From Basidiobolus meristosporus CBS 931.73 (Eukaryota > Fungi > Basidiobolomycota): a stretch of 64,000 bases of DNA. A program made the position numbers and the translations under genes. The stretch covers positions 1 to 64,000 of the forward strand of contig MCFE01000418.1 of the NCBI GenBank assembly GCA_002104905.1, written 5' to 3'. Positions 10,358-22,049 of the stretch are shown here, piece by piece. The first letter of the stretch is position 1. Every line of letters begins with the position of its first letter. Below the pieces are notes generated by a model. That model worked only from the letters and a program-made list of their open reading frames with translations. It was not told the DNA's origin and searched no databases.

Positions 10358-13300
10358 TAGTGGAATTGAAGAGGTGATTTGGACATATGGAACTAATTGA
10401 GAAATGGTGCTAATAGTTGAACTGTTGCTTTTCAATAAAGTAGCTCAGTATCTATACCTTAGCAGAAGTAATACAACTGTAAAACTAAGTAAGGGGAGTT
10501 TCTGAACATTGAAGAGCATTCTGTAGCAGCTTTAGGGTTAATACATAATGCTTGGATAATGTGCTATTTGCACCTTGACTAAAGGAGAATAATCACACAA
10601 TCATATATTTGAAAGAGCATGGTGAAGCTAGGGCTGCAAATTGGTCCTACAGTGAATAAGACTAGTCAGAGCTGTTTGGTAACTTTTTAGTTGCTGAATG
10701 TTACCAAATAGTCCAATATTTCAATACTCCTCCTCAACTTAATAAGTTCTTAATCCTAATATATCTCTGAGATTCTCAGTCTGTGGCCTAGTTGGTGGCT
10801 TTGTCAATATATCTGCCACCATTTTGTCAGTTGGGCAGTAAACTAACTCAATTAGGTTAATTTCTATATCTTCTCTCAAAAGTGGTGTTGTATATCTATG
10901 TGCTTAGTTCTGGCATAATTTGTAGGATTTCTTGCTAATGTTATACAACTGTGATTATCCTTATAAATCCATATTGGTTTATTTCAGCTAAAGCCAAAGT
11001 CTTTGAACAATATTCATCACCAAATAGCCTCTTTGGTTGCTGGACAATCAGCCATATACACATACATATATAAACCTTCTGGTTGCTCCATATATAGAGT
11101 GTCTTGCAGATCTCCATAAGGAAAGGCTGTTTTGGCATCCATTTGGTGTTGATCTAGAGTGTGTACAGCTGCCAGGGCTAGAACTGTCCTAGTGGAGTTA
11201 AATTTGGCATCTGGAGCAAATGTTTTCTTAAAGTCCAGTCCCCAGATCTGGGAATAGCCATTAGCCTCCAATTGTGCCTTGTTCTTATCAACAGTACCAT
11301 TTGAGGTTATCTTGCTCTTGTAGACCTATCTACATCCTATTGACTCTCTCCCATTCAGTATATCTAACAGTTCCCATGTTTTTGCCCTGATCAGTGATTG
11401 CCACTCCTCCTGCATGGCTTGGTGCTACATAGTACAATCTGGACTCTGCATTGCTTCTTCTAGATTCTGCTATGTGGTACATAAGGTAAGAGAAGCTTCT
11501 TCATGATCAATGGATGTCTGCCACCAGGATCCAGGGGTGCTTTTCATTCTTGCAGTGTTGACTTGTTCTGTTGGATGGTGCCACATTGAGCCATGAGTGC
11601 CAAATAGTGCCATTGCATGCCAGAGAGGATATAGCAGACCTAAACTTGGCCCCAGAGTGTGAAACATAGCACTGCATCTTCATGCAAGGCAGCCCCTATG
11701 TTTCACTCTTTGTGTTGGAGAAAATCCATTTTTTGACCTCTTTTTTGGATCAGTGTTGTGCAGGATGTGTAAGAGGACAGAAGGACTGAAGACATGCATT
11801 TGGTACTCAATACACATGGCACTCGGAATCTAGCTCCTGTAGCTTGTATCATGTCACAAAAATGAATGGCACTATCTTGGTCCACTGGTACTATCTGGCG
11901 CTATATTTAAATATTAGCCCTAAGTAAGACCTATATAAAGTGCCTAGAGTGCCAGATGGTACCAGTGGACCAAGATAGTGCCATTCATTTTTGTGACATG
12001 ATACAAGCTACAGGAGCTAGTTTCAGAGTGCCATGAGTATTGAGTACCAGGTGCATGTCTTCAATTCTCCTGCGCTCTTACACATCATGCACAACATTGA
12101 TCCAAAAAAAAGGTCAAAAAATGGATTTTCACCAACACAATGGGTGAAACACAGGGGCTGCTTTGCATCAAGATGAAGAGCTATGTTTCACACTCTGTGG
12201 CCAAGTTTAGGCTCAATTTGCCTCCCTGGCACACTATGGCATCATTTGGTCTCATGGCTCAATGTGGCACTATCTAATGGAACAAGTCTATTTCCTAACT
12301 GGGATAATCTGCTCTGATCTGGATCTGGTAGCAGTATCTTCTCTATCTGGCTGAGTAAAGCACATATCTTCTTCTTTAGTGTTGATTGCTTCATCAGGCA
12401 GCTGGCCAATGATTTCAGTGGCTTTCTGTTCTAAATTCTCCATCATATGCCCTATACCCTTTAGTATCCACATAATACCCAAGAAAGATCCCTTTTCTAC
12501 TCTTTGGTTCCAACTTTAAGTGCTTTCTGTCAGAGATACGCAGATTCTGAGGTGCTGGAGGCCTGGTTTATTGCCTGTGTATGCTTCAGTGGGTGTAGAA
12601 TTGGGAGGGGCTGATGTTGGGCATCTATTCTTGATGTTTACCAGAGTAACAATGAATTCTGCCCAAAACTTGTGTTTATTCCTTTATCATGTAGCATAGA
12701 TTGTCTCATCTCTACTATTTTACTATTTGCTTGTTCTACTACTCCACTTTGCTGTGGACTATATGGATCTGAGGGTAGTCAAAGTATACTGGTAGATGAG
12801 CAGTATTCCCCTCCATGGCTATTTCAAAGTTCTTTTAGTTTGCACCCAGTTTGAGTTTCTGTTATGTTCTTGAATTGCTGGAGCCTCTCTGAATCCTTAT
12901 CCTTTGTCTTGAAAAAGTACGCCCATGCATATCTTGTCTTGTCATCAATATGCGTAATTACATATCTCTTGGCTCCAAAGGAAAGTGTTTTCATGGGCCT
13001 CTGTATGTCTGAGTGCCCAAAGGCCAAAATGTTGGTGATGTTAGTTCCTCCAGAGCTCCTGAAACAATGCCTAGCTTGCTTGTCATATGAACATCCCTTA
13101 CAGACACTTTATTTGACTAGAACTGAGTAGTTATGGCCCAAAAGAAGCGTATTGTTCACCAATTGGCTCATTTACTGCTCCTTAATGGGCCCTAGGTCCC
13201 TATGCCAGGTCTCCCAGTTAGTTCCCTCCATTTCAGCAATGTTAACATATTCGGGAACAATCATTTTGCATTGTAACTTGAATATGTTGTGAACTCTGAT

Positions 13301-14821
13301 TGCCAAAGCTATTTTTGTACATCTTCACTCAATATTGAGCAGCTCAGCCTAGCAAAAGCAAATTTTGGTCCCTGAGTAGTTACTTCACTAACTGAGAGAA
13401 GTTTCTTAGCTATTCCATGCCCATGAAGTATGTCAGTCATTTTGCTGTTGTTGCTCTAGAGATATCACTCATATTTAGCTGTATAGACTCACTGGCAGTA
13501 GCCTCCAGTGCAGAGTTGCCTTCCAGATAAACCTTTCTCATAGAACAGTCTTTAAGTTGCTAAACTACTGCTTTATACCACTAGTATGCTGTGATGCTCC
13601 CAAGTCAATATACCACTCATTACTTTGGTTACTTGCACTCTGTTGTACTTGCTGGCTCTAGGTTCTGTTTTTCATCTGATTGTTGCTTCTTACATTCCCT
13701 TGCCCTGTGTCCTGGCTTCCCAGAGTAGTTACAGCAACCAGGTTCTCTTTGGTTTTGTTGCTTTCCTTTCTTTTCTGTGTGCCTACCCAATCTGAATAAA
13801 ACATTATCTTTGATTATCTCTGCTTGATCATTACATCTAACTTCTTAACAGAGAAGTCTTCCTCTGACATAGTCTAAAGCCAGATTGTCTTTTCTGCTTT
13901 TGGAAGAAAGTATGAGTGGCTCATACTTGTCTGGTAAGCTGCAAAGCAGACAGAGTATCTGTTCTTTATTATCTATACTAGCATTGATACTAAGAAGCTC
14001 TTCTGCAATTGTCTCCACTGTGGTAATGAGTTGTAGAATATCTTTGTCTGGCTTCCTATGCATGTCAAACAACTATTGTTTTAAATAAAGCTTGCTTAAT
14101 ACTTCCCTTGCTCAAGAGATCTTCTCTAAGGATTCTCATGCTGTTTTGGCAGTATTTGAAGCATGAATAGGTCCAATGAAGGAATTTTTCACATTGAAAT
14201 ATATTGCATTAAAGGTGTTTCTCTCCTTCTCATGAAACTTCTCCCCTTCTTCTGCTGTTCATATGGGCTCAACCTCTCTTCCTGTTACTATACTTCAAAG
14301 CTTTCTTTACTCAACATGGATCTGAATCTTGATTCTCCAAAGTCTGTAATAATTCCTATCAATCCTCTCCTTTATGGGGAAGATGCTAGTGTTATTTTGT
14401 TTGCTGGTGGAAGTCATATTTAGACAAGATTAAGGCAATGAGGCTCATAATCTGTTGCAATTTAGGAAGTGATTTGGATATAAGAAATCCATGAAGGAAG
14501 AGTGATAAAAGTTGAGCTGCAGTTTATTTATGAAGAAGCTCAGTATTTATACCTTTGTAGAAGTAATGCAACTGTAAATTAAGTAAGGAGGGTTTCTCAA
14601 TATTCAGCAGCATACTATAACAGTTTCAGGCTTAATGCAAAATGTTTGGTAAGAGTATTAATTTGATCTTGACTATTGGGGAATAATCATAGTATTGTAG
14701 ATCTGAAATGCAGTGGCAAAGTCAGGGCTTCAAATGAGTGCAGCAGTGACTAAGACTAGCCCACATTTGTTAGGTAAGCTTTTAGCTACTGAATGCTTCC
14801 AAATAGTCCAATATCTCAACA
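10358..14821 (-). mobile_element. Old copia family A copy (A2) with strongly diverged LTRs, an internal RT deletion and a MITE insertion
   Basis: LTRs at 10358-10726 and 14453-14821, TSD GTTTC/GTTAC, decayed PBS (plus strand AGGCTCATAATC). ORF fragments are collinear with A1, and RT is joined to RNase H near 11.07 kb. Confidence 0.88.
11559..12289. mobile_element. 731-bp foldback MITE sharing termini with the PHIS element
   Basis: Inverted arms of about 345 bp around a ~43-bp AT-rich spacer. The right end (reverse complement AGACTTGTTCCATTAGATAGTGCCACAT) matches the left end at 19489 at 25 of 28 positions. It interrupts the copia A2 pol. Confidence 0.9.
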
Positions 14822-15330
14822 GTTACTTCAATAAAATCTTGGAATTTCAATAGCCTCTTCAACATGCCTTGATTTTAACTCCAGCTTTTGAATGTTCCTT
14901 TACAACTTTTGTATCTTAGTGCAAGGCTTTTCTAGCTCATTTAGTGTTGCAAACTGTGCTTCTCTTTGGTACTCAGCCAAAGCAGCTTGTTGAGAAGTGC
15001 TCCAGCTGTAGTTAGCACTAACAGATTTCTTTAATGGATCCTAACTTTGTGAGAATTTAATAACTTTAGCTTTACAGAGAAAAGGAAACAACTTGATTTT
15101 GTTCTTGTGCATCAGCTCAATTGCAGCAGCTATATTGTCAAGCACTTCTAGAAGCCCAATAATATTATCTCCTGAGAATCTTATGGTAATAGCACCCTTC
15201 AAGGGGGCTATTAACTCTGGGAGTGGTGTATCAGGCATTCTTCTTATGCCTCTTGATGCTTGTATAGTGATATGCTCAAACTACCCAGGTCCTTCACCAA
15301 ATTCTTGTTTTGTTGCCCTATGATAAATCT
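14822..15330 (-). pseudogene. Decayed gypsy-like gag fragment
   Basis: RFSGDNIIGLLEVLDNIAAAIEL...KIKLFP resembles the N-terminus of fungal gypsy gag. The resemblance is weak. Confidence 0.4.
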
Positions 15331-18300
15331 GGGTTTGTGCTGCAATGTAGTAACAAGTCTGTTGTATAAAACAGCATCCAGTGTTGCTAATACTGAAGTG
15401 GTTTAATGGGAGCTTGATATGCCAATAGAAGATCCAACTTTGACTGATATTCTCAATCCTGGGCTCAAAATATACAGTAGGCAGTGTTACCTATGTCCAC
15501 AACATTGTACTGACCTTTGGTCATTATTGGCCCAACTAGCATTGTTAGTAACTTTTGCTTATTTGGTAGTCCTTTTCCTCACTGTCCAGAGCAACTACAT
15601 ATCAGGAAGTTCTGACCTCCTCCTAAACCTAAAGGGATGTGGTAAAGGGGGCTCTAAAGGGGTGTCTGAAGGGGTGCCTAAAGAGTAAAGGGGCATCTTA
15701 CAGTGGTCTCCAAAGGTAGACCTTAAACTGAATGGACACCTAAAGGGGCTTGTCTAGTTGAAAGGGATTGTAATGTCTTTTCTAAGGGGGGCATTAGACA
15801 AAAGGGGTGTCTTTAGAGTGCAGGTGTTTCTTAGAGGGGACTCTTCCAACAGAGAGGTGGTGGTCTTCTTATACAACTTAAATTGGATTATTGTGAGCTT
15901 TGCAGTGTCTTTACTGATACAGTAGCAACCAAAGTCCAAATACTCAACAGTGCAAGTGATGCAGTAGAAGTGTTGCAACTGGCAATCTTGCAATTGTAGT
16001 GTGGAGATTTGGGAAAGAGAGGCTCCATGTTATTTTTCTGCTAGGGAAGTTGTGGACTTGCAAAGCTGCCAAGCTTAAGAAAACCTAACTTTAGAACAGA
16101 GCTTACTCTGCACACATATGCTTCAGATTATACAATTGGTGGGGTGTTATGATATACTACTTGAATGTTTAAGTTAGAGCAGTTCTTAGTCAAATCAATT
16201 AGTTATATTCTTAGCCTATCAGTATATCAATGTTACATATCAAATCAGTAGCATTAGTCAGCAAATGAATCAGCAGATCCTTATCAGACTGAAATAGATA
16301 TATTAAGTAGGATCCAATTGGGTGATGATGATGCAATCAAATGAGTCATCAGCCACAAACTACATTACAAAATACAATTAGTCAGCAATTGATCTAGCAA
16401 AATATATTTAAGGAGCTGCTGGAACCTCAATAAAAGTCAGTTCAAGTTTTAGTGAATACAATACTAGCTAAACTCCCTATTCCTCTACAACTCTTATATC
16501 AAGACTTGTAACATTGGTAGCAGCATTAACCAGAAAACTCCCATCTAAAGAAAGGAGAAGCCTCCCTCAAGATGTCCAAAATTCAAGAATGGAAGAATGC
16601 TATGCAGCAAATCCTGGCCCAACAGCAACAGCTACTCCAGATCCTTAGCCAGCAGCAACAAGGAATGACTACCATGGTCCAAAGCCGGCAAACCCTGTCA
16701 AGAGCAACTTTAGTGTGAAGGTCAACTGGTACCATGGTGGAGTCAATGAAAACCTGGGAGCTGGGCTCTTCCAGATTGAAGAAGCATTCAAGGCTAAGGG
16801 AATTGCTCCAGAAGGCAAGTTACAATATGCAGCCTCTTACCTGGCAGATGTAGCTTTACAGTGGTACTGCAAGAAGATCAGGCCAGCCACCATGATGGGA
16901 TGCTCTACAATTTCTATCTGGGATGAGTTTGTGTTGGAAATTCAGGATGCTTTTGAACCTCCACACTAGCAGACATCACTAAGAAGAAAGCTGAAGACAC
17001 TCAGACAGAGAGGAATGGTTTAAGAGTACATCTATGAATATAGATCTCTACTTGGACAAATTGGAAGAATGGACCCCCTGGATCAAGTGGAATACATTAT
17101 TGATGTGTTGAAAGAAAGAACTCACAAGAAAGTGAATTGTCAAAGACCCCAGACTATTGAAGAAGCCACTAAGATTGTAATTAACTATGACTCAGCTATG
17201 TTTGGAGTTGGGAAGCCCACAATGACTAATTAGTGAGGCTACAATCATTATGAAAGAAGACAATCAGAAGCAGTGCCAATGGAAATATATGCTATGCAGA
17301 AGAATCCTACATTGAATGAATGTAAGAAGAAAGGACTTTGCTTCAATTGCCACAAGCAGGGACATATTGCAAAGTAGTGCCCTCAGAGAAGAAATGGACA
17401 CCAGCCATCAAGAACCTTCAACCATACTGGAGCCCTTGAGTATATTAACATAGAGGATGAGCTTGAAAACAACTCAGAACTCACCTTCCATGAGACAGTA
17501 GAATACTTATCCCAGATGACCTCAAGCACAGGAAAGCTATTATATTTGAATGGAGTAATCAATGGAGTACCTGCCAAGATCATGATTGACTTTGGAGCAT
17601 CACATGAGTACATGTCAGAGCAATTTGCTCTGAAAGCTGGAATCAACTTCAGTCTCAACAGCTGATGGGAACTCTCACATAATCAACCGTATTACTCAGC
17701 CAATAAGGATAAAGATCAATGACTATGAAGAAGCCTACAGGCCTATATATTTGGGAACTGCAAGTTTGACCTTGTTCTTGGAAATACCTGGCTATTTTGC
17801 TGTAATCCTTCAATCAACTGGAGAACCCATGCTACTCAGATCCAGAAGGACAACAAGACCTATGAGCCATTACTTGCCAGACTGGATTTCCACTTGGTCA
17901 GTTTCAATGTGTGTGAAACAAGTGAACTTAGCAAGACACAATTTTTTACAGCACTTAGAAAAGGCACCCAGATGTTCCTAATGGCAGTATTACAGGAGGA
18001 TTCCTCTACTCCAGTACCCCAGAAGGTCCAAACTCTTTTGAAGGAAAACTCAGACATATTTCCAGATGAACTTGTAAGCCTACCACCAGTCAGAGATGTG
18101 GATTATACCATTGACACTGGAGATGGCCCTTCAGCAAGTAAGACACCTTACAGAATGAGTCCATTGGAATTGGAAGAGATGAAGAGACAAATATATCCGT
18201 TATTGGAGCAAGGATATATCACACCCAGCAAGTCACCTTGGGGAGCACCAGTACTCTTTGAGAAGAAGAAGGATGGAACACTTAGGATGTGCATTGACTA

Positions 18301-19671
18301 CAGAGCCCTTACTCAGTTACCATGAAGAGTAAGTACCCCATATCTTGGATTGATGAGCTTTTGGACTAACTCAATGGAGCCACTATATTCAGCAAGATTT
18401 ACCTCATATCAGGATATAACCAGATTAGGGTGAAGCCAGAAGACATCCCCAAGACAGCATTCAGGACCAGATGTGGACACTGCAAGTACTTAGTCATGAG
18501 TTTTGGCCGCACCCATGCTCCTGCAACATTCATGACACTGATACAGACTGTGTTCCTGGAGTACTTAGACAAGTTTGTGATAATCTACCTAGATGACATA
18601 TTGATAAAGAGCAAGACAGAAGAGGATCACATGGTGCACATTGGAAAGGTCTTGAAGAAGCTTATAGAGAACAAACTATATGGCAAGCTAGCCAAGTGTG
18701 AACTTCAAGGAACACATTGAATATTTGGGACACAGAGTGACTAGCACAGGAGTGACTTTAGACCCTAAGAAGTTTGAAGTTAACAAGAATATGAAGCAGC
18801 CTCATAGCACATCAGAACTTGGATCATCCCTTGGAATGGCTTCCTATTATCAGAGACTTGTCAAGCCCTTTGCAGGTATTGCAGCACCTTTAACTGATAT
18901 CTGCAAGAATGACAATACCTACAAGTGGGACATAGCTTGTGAGACTGCTGTTCAAGTGCTCAAGAATGAGCTTCCTAAGCTGCCAAGCTTAAGAATACCT
19001 GACTTCAGAAAAAAACTCACTCTGTGCACAAATCCTTCAGATTATGCAATTGGTGGAGTGTTGAGCCAAGAAAACAAGGGAAAGGACTACCCAGTTGCCT
19101 TTGAATCCAAGAAACTGAGTTCAGCTGAATAAAACTATCCAGTGCATGAGAAGGACATGCTTGCTACAATACACTGCTTGAAGACATGGAGATGCTATAT
19201 TGGAGGAGTCAAATGTACTGTGAAGACTGATCATGCCTCCCTCAAGTATATATTTACTCAGAAGGTACTCTCTAGTAGAATGAGAAGATAGAGTGAATAT
19301 ATTCAGCAATTTGGTTTGGAGATTTTCTACTGCCCTGAGAAAAACAACACAGCTGCTGATGCGTTAAGAATAGAACAAGTTGCACTACTCAACTTGGTGT
19401 ATGAATCAGATTGGCCTAGCCAATTACCAAGGTACTTGAAGGACCAAGCCATTCTTAGTGAGGTGGATGAAGAGATCAAGAAGATATTAGACTTGTTCCG
19501 CTGGATAGTGCCACATAGTGCCAGCCTGTTTATGGTGCCGGATTGATCTGGCACTCTACGGCACTATCTGGCACTATAATTTCTACCATGATGCCTGTGG
19601 TATGATACAGTTACTGGTAATTTTACTCAATCTTACTTATGTTGCTCAGAATAGTGCTTTCCTTGCTTTAT

Positions 19672-20556
19672 TTACTCTTCATAATGCTCCAGACACATTT
19701 CTCTCAGTGGATGTCTTCTTGTATGAACATACTGTGCATTAATAAGTATCTTAACTATTTTACCTATTGTGCTGTTTTCTCCTATATATGACTTTCCTCT
19801 GTATTTACCTGCCAATATGCTGAATCTCTTCAGATATCCAAATGTGTGCTCTACCCCTACTCTGAAATGATTAAATATCCCATTGTAGAGCTTCTGCTTC
19901 CTGCTAAGTACACCATTTCTTGGCTTCCTATAAGCTGTAATACATCCTAATCTCTGACAATCCTCTCCTATATAAGCTGAGTCTGCCATACATTTCTCCC
20001 CTCTACTGAATTCATGATGATTCTCTACCCAGAGTGCTTTGTCATGCCTACCTCCAGCAAATGGCCCACTAAACCAGATGATGTTACCCTCAATGTCAGA
20101 CAGTGCTTGAAACTTCACACAGTGTGCCTTGTAATTGCCAGAATAAAAGTGCCTCTGCCCTCTAGAAGGTCTGTTAATCCTCACTGGGAAGGTATCCAAA
20201 ATACTCCTGATATGGAACCTGTTGCTGAACACTCTGGGATATGGAAGTCTATTGGAGCTTCTGAACCTAGTATTCCAAGCTTGCTCTAAGTCATTCATAC
20301 CCTCTGCAAGGTGGTTCTCCATTGCTGTCAGCTGGGAATGAAAGCTTATAGGACTTTTGTTGCCATGGATGGTGGGATGAAACCTTGTAGGACAATAGTT
20401 CTTGTAATAGCAGAGAAGCTTGACAAGGGATCACCTTGAGTAGATTGGGGTTGATGGTCCACAGTACTTGGAATAGATCTCCTCTAGTGTGTCAAAAGGA
20501 AATCCGGTGGTAGTGATGGGATTGATGAGAAAAGACCATTCAGATGAGTAAGTCAT
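19672..20556 (-). pseudogene. DDE_Tnp_4-type transposase, ~294 codons, with one TGA at 20431-20433
   Basis: Catalytic motifs ILDTF / MADSAY / RVGVEH and Q..YSG.YK.H.VKFQ. The frame extends upstream of the called 216-aa ORF (TTGFPFDTLEEIYSKYCGP), and the paralog at ~9.88 kb has AGA at the stop codon. The start is uncertain because the paralog has ACG. Confidence 0.85.
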
Positions 20557-20915
20557 ATTAAGATTTGTGGATGATTGTATTAAGGCGGATTGAATTGATT
20601 TGGCGCAATCCGCCTTATTTATCTGATTTTTAATACATTATGGTTAAATCTCCATCAATTGCCATGTATCCCATCATTATGTCGCAAAAATCATCTGCAA
20701 ACAATGCCTTGGTACTTTTATTGATGCTTTAATCATAGGTCTATAATCAAATAGGAAATCTGCGATTGATGTGATCTGATCTGTGTCAACGCAATCCAAG
20801 ATGCATCATGCATAATATATGGAAAATTCAACAATCACATTAGTTTTCATATATATTTCATATGAGACCAGGTTGATGCCAATATACTGCTGTATAAGTA
20901 TCCAAACTTGTTGCT

Positions 20916-22049
20916 ATGGTCCCCATACCAAGCCTCAACTCATCTTTAGTACAACCCAGACAAAACCCATCCCCCAGCTCACAAGCACGGTCCGGACCGG
21001 AAAAGTCAATGATGGATCCGTTCAAGTTCTTGCCAAATGATTTTAGTATGGCCCAAGTGTCTATGATGAGCCTTCATACAGATATTTGGGCACTACTGAT
21101 TAATCTAGCAGAACTAGATACCTCAGAGAGTCAACAAAGATGGAAGAATATGAGTAGAAAGCTGTGGCATGAGTTCTACATCAAGATGCCAGCCAATGTA
21201 TGTAAAAAGATATATAACAAGACAAGTATTGAAATCAAGAATGAGCTGAGAGTGAGGGCATTTGACAAAGAAGCCGCGCGGGAACAATTTCACGCGCAAT
21301 TTGCACAGTACGGGCTGGACGCGTCCGTTTGTGCCTCAACTTTGGGAACCAAAGAGATTTTGAATGAGTTTTTGCCTCAAATGACTAATGTACTACGTGA
21401 TATATTAGTAGAGCTAAGTGGCTTCCAAGAGCAATATACACAGGACTCATCCAGGCAACAGCTCCAAAGTATCAGACAGAGGGTAAGTGAATACCTTGAG
21501 GAATCAGATGGTGAGCTTCAGGAGGAAGAATACAGACCGCAAGCAACATCATCCAGATTGCGCCAGCATGCCTTGCTGGATTCCCTACCATCTCTTGCAA
21601 CCACAGCGCGCCGGCGCACATCAGTCCAGAGTACGCCAACACCCTTTACCAGAATGCCCCACATTGAGTCAACGCGCGTGCTTCAGAGCAAAACTACGAG
21701 AACTCACCAAACTGCTCATTTAGACACAAGTCCATTGGAGCGGACCAAGTCGCGTCAACTTGCAGCATCACATCAAACTCAGCCAAGGGCCATCTCAATG
21801 CGTCAAGGCATGCCTGCGCATGCCATTTTGCCTGACCATCAGCAAGTTACTTCTGGTGAACTGACTGATGATGACCAACATGAAGTGCCTCAACCACCGG
21901 AGCCCTTGGCAAGTAGAAGAACGCGTCAGCACGTGGCACTACAGGCCAGTTCAGTTGGTTCAGTTGGAGCAATTCAGCGCGGCCAAGCTGTAGCATTGCA
22001 CTCATCAACTAGGAGGCAAAATACTGACTACAAATACTCAAGTAGCTAA
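20916..22049 (+). CDS. Transposon ORF2 (377 aa), probable Myb/SANT(MADF)-like DNA-binding protein with a disordered C-terminus
   Basis: Intact ORF inside the TIRs. W58...RW76KNM spacing resembles the MADF/trihelix helices, and a second Myb-type ORF is standard in Harbinger elements. Confidence 0.7.
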   Translation: MVPIPSLNSSLVQPRQNPSPSSQARSGPEKSMMDPFKFLPNDFSMAQVSMMSLHTDIWALLINLAELDTSESQQRWKNMSRKLWHEFYIKMPANVCKKIYNKTSIEIKNELRVRAFDKEAAREQFHAQFAQYGLDASVCASTLGTKEILNEFLPQMTNVLRDILVELSGFQEQYTQDSSRQQLQSIRQRVSEYLEESDGELQEEEYRPQATSSRLRQHALLDSLPSLATTARRRTSVQSTPTPFTRMPHIESTRVLQSKTTRTHQTAHLDTSPLERTKSRQLAASHQTQPRAISMRQGMPAHAILPDHQQVTSGELTDDDQHEVPQPPEPLASRRTRQHVALQASSVGSVGAIQRGQAVALHSSTRRQNTDYKYSSS

